Origin: Euprymna scolopes
Lineage: Eukaryota
Reading direction: 5' to 3' (one strand)
DNA length: 64,000 nt
NCBI GenBank assembly: GCA_053919585.1
Contig: CM132789.1
Below, one piece after another: positions 1 to 11,100 of the stretch; positions within the stretch are counted from its first letter, which is position 1; every line of letters starts with the position of its first letter. Position numbers and translations under genes: made by a program. The notes under the pieces were generated by a model that had not been told where the DNA came from, made no database searches, and saw only the letters and a list, made by a program, of their open reading frames with translations.

Positions 1-164
1 GCTCAGCAATTAAAGCAAATCAAATATCATATATATTGACAAAAAGATATATAGCAAAGTGCAACAAGCCAGGTAAAAAACAACAGAATATATCCTTTTT
101 ATTCATTTGTTCATTACTTACCAAGGCCAAAATTTTAATTAGATGAAAAACAGTAATTTTATAG

Positions 165-281
165 GATTGTGACCTATGATTAATTTAAATGGTGACATGA
201 CACATATTTGTTGCCATTGGACTTGAAAATGATCATGTTATAGTCTGTAGGGAAACATTCCTATGGCAACGTGTTACACAG
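165..281 (+). pseudogene. Possible disrupted exon of the WD40-like gene (in-frame TGA and a +1 frameshift)
   Basis: ttttatag acceptor and CAG|gttgg donor. With one base removed it reads GL*PMINLNGDMTHIVAIGLENDHVIVCRETFLWQRVTQ. An upstream exon candidate ends at 72 (CCAG|gtaaaa). Confidence 0.35.
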
Positions 282-769
282 GTTGGAAGCTCTTGGAAAG
301 AAACTTTGTTCATGAAAGTTCCATCTGAGAGCAAGTGTTGGTAGAAAGACAAGCTCTTTCTGAGAAGGTTTTCAGGAAGGAGGATTGGAGCTTGAAGCTC
401 AGTCGAGCACCTACTATGAATATCTGTAGAGTAATGAAATTTAATATATAAACGGCTTTATGTTGGTCTGTCTGTCGTTCTGTCTGTTTCCACATTTTCA
501 AACTTCATCTCCTCCAAAACTAACAGTTGCAGAGCAGGGCCTCGAATGATTGGAATTTTTACAGCCTGTTCTTTTATGGATCTTTAGCTGGTTAAAATAG
601 TTTTTAAGGGGTCAAAAATGGTTAAAATAGTTTTTAAGAGGTCAAAAATGGGTCAAAAATGGGTCAAAATTGAAAAAATTGTTAAACATTTTGAACATTC
701 AGCTTAGTTTATTTTTAATTTTTAATCGGTTTATATGGGTCGCAAAGTAGAGTAGAGATCATATTGCAA

Positions 770-1400
770 AGTTGATTTTGTGCTCTGTCAAGGCAAGAAA
801 GTCTGGGGGGATTTTTTCCTCCAAATAAACAGAGATTAGACTATTAGACTGTAATGATCTATTCCCTGCTGATTGCGGTGTAATAGTGGTTTTGTACAGT
901 TTTAGGGGTCCATTCTCCCAGGCTTTGTTTTCTCTTTGAGAAGGGGTTAGTTTATTACTAATCACCTGAGACACCTTTGCCGAAGAATGCCGACGGGGCT
1001 GCACAGACATCTTTTGGAGGGTCAGAGTGCTCCTCCTTTGGAGCAATGGCTTTTCAATACACTTTCCACCCATAGAATCACATTTCTCACGGTGGCTGAG
1101 GAATAAGTACCAGAATCTATATATTGTCTAAATGCTTGTTCAAGCTAACTTTAAACCCGGATTTGGTAGGCATTATCACAACCTCCTTTGGTAGACTGTT
1201 CCAGGGAGAAGAAACACAGACAGAAAATGCTACCTTTCTTCTGAGATAAAAGTGCCTATGGTACGGTACATCTTTGGCTGCTACACATAAAAACTTCCAA
1301 ATAAGTTGATTTAAATTCCTGTTGATAATGTTATATACCAAAATCAGGTCTCCTTGCATAACGCAATGCTCAAGTGAGGGATACTTATCCAAAAGTCAGC
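770..1400 (-). mobile_element. LINE fragments (endonuclease N-terminus 770-1110; CR1-like 3' end 1117-1400)
   Basis: PDFLALTE motif; GDLILVYNII...WNSLPKEVV...FKVSLNKHL. Confidence 0.65.
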
Positions 1401-2734
1401 AGCAATGATGCAACAATCTTTCCGTTAATAAAACTTAAATTTGATGACGGTTTCTATGAGAAATGCCCTCTTTGATGTTTTTTTTTTTTTTAAATCTTTT
1501 ATAAGGTAAATGCCCCCCTCCCCCGGCCACCCAATTAGCAGAAAAATCACACCCCTTTTTTGTAGAGATCTACAGATGCCAGAAAAATTTCTATTTTAAT
1601 AGTTTCTTTCCTCAGACCACTTGCTGTTGGAATTACCTTCCTACTCCCTGTTTCTCTGACCATACGAACATGCAGAAATTTAATACAATGTAAAATGTAA
1701 TGTAAACAAATATCTTGCTGCCCAACTTCACACCCAAATTGCCTTCTTGTAAACCTGTCTCTGATCACAGTAGTACTTTATGCTTGTCTCTGTACCAATT
1801 AGACGGCCTAATCTGTAAACTTTTGCTTTCAGAGATTTTGACGACGAACTATGGCAAACAAAACCTAAAAGTCTACAGTACAGAAACCGGGCTTACAATA
1901 AAAATAATCCAGGGCATCGATCAACCTATTAACCATATTTCTGTAAGTATTAAAAAAAAACATGGTCTTAATAATGACCAACATAGGGTTAGTTATTACT
2001 AAAATAATTAGCAAGAAGATTGTAATATGGTGTCGTATTCTAATTCCTGCTGTAGCTGTTCATTTGAACCTGAAATCATAAAAATTGGTCAGTCATCTCA
2101 CAAGATTTATAACAATAGCATATTGAATTTTCAAGAGTCTACGACAATTTTAAATGCCTGTACAAAAAAATCTGGAAACTTATTTAAACCATCTCATATA
2201 TACATATATATATATATACATATACATGCATATACATATATATACAGGATGAATCACGGATAACGGATGGTTTGAGTAAGGTATAGGGAGTGAGGAAGGT
2301 AGTCTTTAAACCTGCTGTTGAAATATTTGTAAAGTTTTGTTTTCCTTAAAAACATCCGTTTCCCGTGACTCACTCTGTACATACATAAGTACATAGGTTT
2401 AATAAAGTATGTTGAGAAGCACTTTAGCAAGAATTAAACACATTTATTATTCAGAAAGGAAATACAAATATAGGTAAAAGTCCTTGATTCGCAGAGTTTT
2501 GAAGAAATATTTTCCTTCTCGTCAGAGAGGAGTTAGCAAAATGCATGAAAAAATTTTGCTTGTAAAGTATTTAAAGAAACTAAGTATGAAAATGAACATA
2601 CTAGCGTAAAAATGAAATATAAAACAATGAAAGAGATGGAGTGTGTGAGAGGGTGTTTCCATGGTTGTTGAATCCAAAATCTGGTGAATCCAAGAAAGTG
2701 GTAGAAGTTTATGGTAGTCTGCATGTTGTTGGAG

Positions 2735-2791
<57 letters not shown>

Positions 2792-2820
2792 TTACATTTA
2801 TTTTTTTTTTATTTATCTAG

Positions 2821-3073
2821 ATAAACAAAAGTGAAAGCATGGCTGTGGCATTTACAGAAGATGACTGCATCCTCATTGTTGATATGGTACTGTATAAGAA
2901 ACTTGATGTCCTGAAGCCCGAAAGCATCAACTTCTGCCATGGTATCTTAGTAAATCAAGAGCCTGCCCAAATATCATGTGATGGATCCATATTGATCATA
3001 ATGGTCAAGATGAATCGAGAAGGAAACAAGGACGATGAAATTTTTTGCACGGTTATATGGAATATTTCAAAAA
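2821..3073 (+). CDS. Exon of the WD40-like gene (INKSESMAVAFTEDDCILIVD...VIWNISK)
   Basis: T-rich tract plus ctag acceptor at 2820; weak gtaaaa donor whose phase 1 matches the next exon. Confidence 0.6.
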
Positions 3074-4579
3074 GTAAAAAAAACATACTACTTCTATAAC
3101 ACCAATGTTATTCTATGGACTTCTCCCCCCTCCCTCATCTACAGACAAGATACCCGACAATGCATTAATAGAGCAAAAGTATAAGAAATGAGATTAGTAA
3201 AACGACAACGGTTGGAAGTGGGAGGGCTCGCCGAGATCTTTTGAACTCTTAAGACAGGAAGATGCCTCACAGTTGGTGGTCAGTTTCTGAATAGTCAGCT
3301 GGGAGGGAGTGACAGGACAAACACGGAAGGAGGCAGTTTTTATTTATCAGGTGTTGCAGTGACTAAAACAAAAGACCGGACATAGGATTTCCAATTCTGA
3401 GTCAATAAATGTAGGTGTCAGAGTTAGTTTACAGACAGTTTTAAGTTTGGAACAGTTGACAACAGTTGGTCCCTCAAGAGAGATCAGAGAGATTGGAATG
3501 AAATTCGGGTGAGAGCAGATAGAGCTTTAGCAGATGTGGAGATGAACTTATCAACTGATCAACAAACATACCTCGACAGATAGCTATCAACAGACAATGT
3601 TTGGGGATCCTTTTTCATACACACTCAGAGACCAATTGATTTATACACAAGTTTATGAATTTGCATGGTTTTATTTTTTATACTTGTAACCCAATGCTTG
3701 CACTCTCGGCAACCGTCAATGTGAGAAATGACAACATAGCCAAAATAGAAAATGAAGGAGAAGAAAACCAAATGTTTCTGATTTACAATGGCTTCAATAT
3801 AATAACAGTACCATGATCAAGTGTATGTGCAGAAACAAACTAGGATAAAGAATCACTTCAACTTGATATTGGTGGGATTTGCAATGTCTTACACGTTCAG
3901 TAACTCAGGTAGTTTGGTCATGTACTGCATGCCATCTCCTGCATCAATTCCATAACACGCTTGGATACTAGGGTGCATAGCAGATCAAGTAAAGCCTTGC
4001 TTGAGTGCATAGGAAGTGATTTGACTGCATGCAACAGGACTGATATCAACTGTTTTGATTGAGTCACGTGGAGCATATGCATGAGACTTTGCCTGGTGGT
4101 ACTCACCCAGATTTCAGAACTGCATCTTAAATACTAAAATTGGAGGAGGAGGAGGAGGAGGAGGAGGAAGATTATGATCATGATGATGGTTGACTTTCTA
4201 GCATCCAATTTTTTTTTTAAATTCCTTTCTGAAGCAGGTGAAGTGCTCTTTTGGTGGACAATCTCCTAGCGATGACGTCCCAATAAAAAACACTGAACCC
4301 CATCCCCTCACTGGGTTGACCTCAGGAATATAAGAATGTTGCCTAACTGAAAGAAATGACTAGCAAAGAAACTTCATCAAACTTTAGGTTATAGCAGTTT
4401 AAATGTTGGGGGCCTTTGTGGAAAGTCTGGTGAGATAGTTGAGTTCCTTGAAAGAAGACGCATTGGCTTATATTGTATACAAGAAACTTGACAGAAAGGT
4501 AAATCTGTCAGAAATAGCCCACAAACACACACTAGCATGTAAAATGGATGTTAAACAGAAGAAGAAGAAGAAGAAGAAG

Positions 4580-4612
<33 letters not shown>

Positions 4613-7600
4613 ACATTTTAATGTCATAATATGCCATGTTTTGTACTGGTGTCAAAAATGTGAAAGGTTTTCTTCTTCCTTGCATAGTCCCAAATCATCA
4701 CGGGGTTCACAGATGCTATTTTATTTCCTTCAGTCAAATTTCTGACCAGGGTGTATACTGGATATTTTGCTCTTTATGACCCCAGGCAACATCGGGTAAA
4801 CTTCCTAGCTTCAAACATAGAATGTATGAAAACAATCCTCAGACCATTTTTGTACTAACGAGAGTCATTACAGCCATTATCAAATTAGCACCAAGACAGG
4901 CGTGAGCCAGAGTTATTAACAAAATACATGTCATCATATTGAGGTGTGCTTATAAAACAAAGACTGTTGGGTATTCATGACTGAAAATTGGTGGACAAGA
5001 CAGAAGTGTGTCAGGTGGTATTTTGAAGTGAGTGAGTACCTTATACCATTTATGGCAAAAAATATTGCATGTTTTCATTTTAAATGTTTTCAGAGGAAAG
5101 CCAGTGTTATCTGTTTGATGAGGACTACCATGAAAGGTACAAGGGCAGGAGTGTTGACGTTGTGTCTGCCACTTTAATGCAAAGTGATGAGGCTGTGTTA
5201 TCCACACATGATGACTACATCATCCGAGTGTTTGCAACATCAGGTAATTTTATAGCAGTAACTGCAACTTTCTTTATTCATAAATAAGCTTGGAGGAGGT
5301 GACTCTACTTTTTCCCTCTCTGTAATCTATGTCCATTGCTTCTCCTCCTCTGACTGTCTCTATTGTTTCTCTTTTTCCACCAGGGTTTTTTTTTTTTTTT
5401 ATCACTGTCGTGTCCAGAGAAATGGGTTGTCGGAATCATGGGATATTTGAATAATAAGTAAACAAGCTCATTTTAGGTTAAATATTATTTATCACGGTTG
5501 AAACACAAATTATAGTTACAGTACTATATTCCCTTGTTAGTGCAGACTGCAGAGCCACCATAGTGTCCATTTTCCCTGGAACTCTCGAGTCTTTATCTTT
5601 TTATTTATCTAAGGGCATTAACTCTTTCTTCCTTTATTCAAGTTATTTCCCCTTTAACTTTTGATCGCTGTAACAGTTACCCTCATTGTTTTTTAAGTTA
5701 AATTAAAATTTGATCCTTGGTAATTATTTCTAATTAAACCACCTAATTTATATGTTTTCTTTAAAGAAAAATAGAAAGTGGACGTTCGGTTTACTTCCGG
5801 TATCCTTGTAACTTTCACTTTCCTTATTTTGTCCTTTAGTTCTCACATTCCATGAGCATTGTTTCTAAGAAAGGGTGAAGAATTGCTGTTTTCTGGAATA
5901 TATGTATCTAACACTTATTATTAGCTAGTTTTTATCTTTAAGTAATATCTTTTTTAGCTCTTTACATCAAGTGGCTTCACGCCTTGTCTGGAACAATTTT
6001 CACAAAATCCTAGAATAACGAACATCTGTAAAAGTCTGAGGAAGCTACAGACGGCCAAAAAAACGGCCGGGTAGCTGAAACAATAATGTAACTTAACAGA
6101 AAGATACGGTAATAAAAAATAAAACGCATATTTGCTCTACAACAGTATTGAGCACTTTCTTCAGTTTCTATTAATTATCATTTCCACTAAATATATATAT
6201 ATTATATTAGCTGAAACAAACGTTTGAGCCCTCTACGAGTAGCGGACGAATGTTTATTTAAATAATCGTTCGGACAGGTTAATTTCGGCCACCGATTCCG
6301 TAGTCAAGGGGGTAGGACTGCCGACGGTCATCACGACGGTTCTAGGTTCGATCCTCGGCTTGGGAGAGGTGTTAGTCTAGCGGCACTGATGAGTTGTGAT
6401 ACAACGAAACAGGTCTGTATGTCGATGACTAAAATATATTTTATAAAGCTCCCCTCTTTGGTAGAGCACTCTCGTAAATTATCTTACTCGCTACTTAATT
6501 TAGCTGAAATAATGCGAAGCTCGCGATTTGTTTACAAACAAACGTTTGAGCCCTCTACGAGTAGCGGACGAATGTTTATTTAAATAATCGTTCGGACAGG
6601 TTAATTTCGGCCACCGATTCCGTAGTCAAGGGGGTAGGACTGCCGACGGTCATCACGACGGTTCTAGGTTCGATCCTCGGCTTGGGAGAGGTGTTAGTCT
6701 AGCGGCACTGATGAGTTGTGATACAACGAAACAGGTCTGTATGTCGATGACTAAAATATATTTTATAAAGCTCCCCTCTTTGGTAGAGCACTCTCGTAAA
6801 TTATCTTACTCGCTACTTAATGTAGCTGAAATAATGCGAAGCTCGCGATTTGTTTACAAACAAACGTTTGAGCCCTCTACGAGTAGCGGACGAATGTTTA
6901 TTTAAATAATCGTTCGGACAGGTTAATTTCGGCCACCGATTCCGTAGTCAAGGGGGTAGGACTGCCGACGGTCATCACGACGGTTCTAGGTTCGATCCTC
7001 GGCTTGGGAGAGGTGTTAGTCTAGCGGCACTGATGAGTTGTGATACAACGAAACAGGTCTGTATGTCGATGACTAAAATATATTTTATAAAGCTCCCCTC
7101 TTTGGTAGAGCACTCTCGTAAATTATCTTACTCGCTACTTAATTTAGCTGAAATAATGCGAAGCTCGCGATTTGTTTACAAACAAACGTTTGAGCCCTCT
7201 ACGAGTAGCGGACGAATGTTTATTTAAATAATCGTTCGGACAGGTTAATTTCGACCACCGATTCCGTAGTCAAGGGGGTAGGACTGCCGACGGTCATCAC
7301 GACGGTTCTAGGTTCGATCCTCGGCTTGGGAGAGGTGTTAGTCTAGCGGCACTGATGAGTTGTGATACAACGAAACAGGTCTGTATGTCGATGACTAAAA
7401 TATATTTTATAAAGCTCCCCTCTTTGGTAGAGCACTCTCGTAAATTATCTTACTCGCTACTTAATTTAGCTGAAATAATGCGAAGCTCGCGATTTGTTTA
7501 CAAACAAACGTTTGAGCCCTCTACGAGTAGCGGACGAATGTTTATTTAAATAATCGTTCGGACAGGTTAATTTCGGCCACCGATTCCGTAGTCAAGGGGG

Positions 7601-8044
7601 TAGGACTGCCGACGGTCATCACGACGGTTCTAGGTTCGATCCTCGGCTTGGGAGAGGTGTTAGTCTAGCGGCACTGATGAGTTGTGATACAACGAAACAG
7701 GTCTGTATGTCGATGACTAAAATATATTTTATAAAGCTCCCCTCTTTGGTAGAGCACTCTCGTAAATTATCTTACTCGCTACTTAATTTAGCTGAAATAA
7801 TGCGAAGCTCGCGATTTGTTTACAAACAAACGTTTGAGCCCTCTACGAGTAGCGGACGAATGTTTATTTAAATAATCGTTCGGACAGGTTAATTTCGGCC
7901 ACCGATTCCGTAGTCAAGGGGGTAGGACTGCCGACGGTCATCACGACGGTTCTAGGTTCGATCCTCGGCTTGGGAGAGGTGTTAGTCTAGCGGCACTGAT
8001 GAGTTGTGATACAACGAAACAGGTCTGTATGTCGATGACTAAAA

Positions 8045-8113
<69 letters not shown>

Positions 8114-11100
8114 TGAATATTCTTTACCACAAGTAAGGTTATCCAGTGTCGTCTGTGGTTCCAATTTCTACAAAATTCTTACAGAAAAAATTAAAACTAC
8201 AACTAAACAATCCATTTAATATTGTAATTTGTTTAAATTCATTTTGGGATGAAAAAAAAATCAGATTAAAAATAATTATACCTCGGTTGAGGTTGGAACT
8301 TACAGACTCTGTCTCCACAAATTGCACACTAATAGAGTGAACCATGAGGAAAATATAATATGGTGAGATTTTTTTTTTTTGTATAAGTTTTACAATTGTT
8401 AAGCAAGAAAAAGTTACATACTAAAACGTGTCACCGTATCCTGGACAATGCCGGGTAGACACGATTAATATTACACATTCCCTTCAACCTCTGTCTGTTC
8501 ATCCTTTTTTTTTTTTTTAACTTTATTTCACCCTAAACAAGGCATATTGTCACTTAGCCATAAGTACAAATGTGATTAGAGGTCAGATTCACAGTGGCCA
8601 TCCTAAATGGGGAATTGTGCAGCAAGACGTTTGTTTGTTGGTGCAGTCAGGAAACAAGCAAGTAATTCAAAAGACAAATGATCCTCTACAGTTAAGTTGG
8701 GATTTTTTTTTTTTTTTACATAGGCATCGCCACTTATCAAGGCCAAGAGTCCACTCGAGGTTAAATTTTGCAGCTAGTTGGATTGTTCAGGAGTATTTAT
8801 GTTATGGAGACACAATATTCACACACAATACTTATAAAACAAGTACAAGGAAGCAACATTGTGGTGATGGGCCAAGACATGCTGAAGCTTGGCAAAGATT
8901 CCAGAATTCATTAGATTAGAGACACAAACCAAATAGAATGGATTATTTTCTACATATCGCTCCAGACTGTCTATGACGTCATCTATTTAAACACATTGTG
9001 CCTATTTCCTATTCAAACGTCATCTAACTTATCCCATATTTATATTCGCTTTTCTAATGTGTAAACCAAATATTACTCTTAAAATATATCAGAAGTTTTA
9101 TACGTGCACAGAAACATTTGTTGTACGATCATACAAAAAAAAAAACAGTAAAAAAAGATTTATATGTTGTAAAGTTTCTGAATTTTTTAGCTGAGAGTTG
9201 ATAATTCGTATTATTTGGATTATTTGGACTACTGTAATCATCTTGGTTAAGTAATTCGCAATTGTATTTTCAGTATTGCCCGAATTGAGGATTGAACCAG
9301 CAATCTCTAGAGGAGTGTAACTTACAACTGAATTTTACAGAGTACTTTATCCATTATGCCACAGGTCCTTGAACATTCAATCCTCAGTGTAGGTAACACT
9401 AAAAATACACTTGTGAATTTGTTAGGATTTCTAAACAGTCATAGCTGACAGAACAAGAGCATGCTATCTCTATGGATTAAATAAAGGCTTCTGTTTGAAA
9501 TACCGTGCAGACTCCATAGTTCAACAGAAATATTCCCAAGTTCAACAAGAGACACCAGAAGAAGATCAGAGGTTACATCGTCCGAAACGTTGTGTGAATA
9601 ACACTCAAGAGCAGAACAATAGTTCGAAAACTCCAAATAATATGAACAAAAACTAAGGTTGATTAAAAAAGAAAAAAAAAATGTCATATTTTATTCTATT
9701 TTTGAAGGTGAATTATTACAGCGAATAGTCCAGCACTACAACGTTCCCATATTAATATTCTCACCCAATGAAAGTTTACCATATTTTGCCTCTTGGGTCG
9801 AATCTGATGAGGAGATTGCTTTTTGCTTATGGCGGAAACAAACATATGAAAAGGTGGCCACTTTAAAACTAGATGAGAAGGTAAGTTATATTTCTATATA
9901 TATATATAAAGTTAAGTATGTCTAAATGTTTATATATTTGTATGTATAGCATATACTCCTAAACTAATTAACCGATCATTATGAATTTTGGAATACAGCT
10001 GTAAAGTGTAAGGGGTCTACATGTGGGCTACATTTAATTTCGTTTTATGAAAAGAGATAAAAAGGGATGGAGATAATTTATGAAAATTCAGATAACTTTG
10101 ATTTTTGTCAAATTTTATTTCTTTTAGTTTGTCTGTCCATTCGACGTTTTTCTTGTAGATGACTGTGCCAATCTGGATGAAATTTTTCATGGACCTTTGT
10201 CATGATAAGGTGCAGCGAACTAAGTATCATGGTATTAGTTTCATGCACAGATAGAGATTAGTAAGGATTAGTCTCCACAATATGACATTTATTCTAGAAG
10301 TCTGGCATAAAGCACATATTCTAGGTTAATGGACTATAGTTTTCGCTAGTTTTTAACAGAGTAAAACGTTTTCTAGGTACTCATGCATAAAGTGATCTGG
10401 ACATAACTCAGAGTCCGCCCGGCTTTCTTCCGGAACATGACGTCAACAGTCAGAGTAAGCCGAGCGTCGCCGAGGAAATTAAACCGAGCGTCGCTGATGA
10501 AAGGATAACAAGAAAAGAAAACCTACCTTAAATTTTAAGTTTTATTAACTGTAAAGAAAAATGTTATAACAATATTTTTTTTTTTTTACTAATTTGTTTT
10601 CTTTTCTTCTTCTTCCAAATCGTCGTCTGCTGCTTTGAATTTTCAACTCACGCGAATGCGCGTTGTGTTGAAAACCATCGTGCTACATTGTCATTGGCTC
10701 AGCTTTATGTTATGCCAGACGGCTTAATTTCCTTGGCGATGCTCAGTTTATTCCGGCTGTTGACATCATGTTCCGGGGAAAGCTGGGCGGGCGCTAAGTT
10801 GCATCTAGATCACTCTCTACATGAGTACTATTTTCTATATTATATTTCTCTTTCTGTCTGTCCATACCACATTTTTATTTACTGTCCGACCTGGCTGAAA
10901 TTTTGTATGAATCTTTGCCATGATAAGGTGCAGCGAACTAAGTGTTATGGTATCTGTTCAATATACAGGGATTAGGAAGGATTAGTCACCACAATACCAC
11001 ATTTACTCAAGAAGGTTGGCATAAATCATTCACTCAAAATCAACGGCCTATAACTTTTGGAAGTTTCTAACAGGCTAAAACGTCTAGTATGATATTGTAT

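Larger units (their letters stand above)
6214..8055 (+). repeat. Tandem array of a 322-bp unit (~5.7 copies): tRNA-derived head + hammerhead ribozyme (retrozyme/SM-alpha-like satellite)
   Basis: Exact 322-bp period; only two substitutions seen between copies (6822 T>G, 7254 G>A); flanked by TA-rich sequence and (TA)n. Confidence 0.97.

Noticed and set aside
4548-4745. Poly-Arg protamine-like ORF
   Set aside because: Produced by a (GAA)n microsatellite.
6294-6366. Functional tRNA-Asp(GTC) gene cluster
   Set aside because: Acceptor and anticodon stems do not pair; only the promoter boxes and D-stem persist.
6373-6383. Second A-box-like motif TAGTCTAGCGG
   Set aside because: No B box at a suitable distance downstream; it is explained as the 5' arm of hammerhead stem I.
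6389-7871. Five repeated 64-aa ORFs (MSCDTTKQ...)
   Set aside because: The ATG is part of the hammerhead core CTGATGA; the ORFs are by-products of the repeat and show no protein motif.
6214-8055. CRISPR array or 5S/snRNA tandem cluster
   Set aside because: Units are wholly identical with no unique spacers, there are no cas genes in this eukaryotic context, and I see no 5S or snRNA similarity.
9804-9840. CTGATGA...GAAAC hammerhead-like words inside the 9708-9880 exon
   Set aside because: No convincing stem I or stem III, and no NUH triplet in position; it lies in coding sequence (SDEE).
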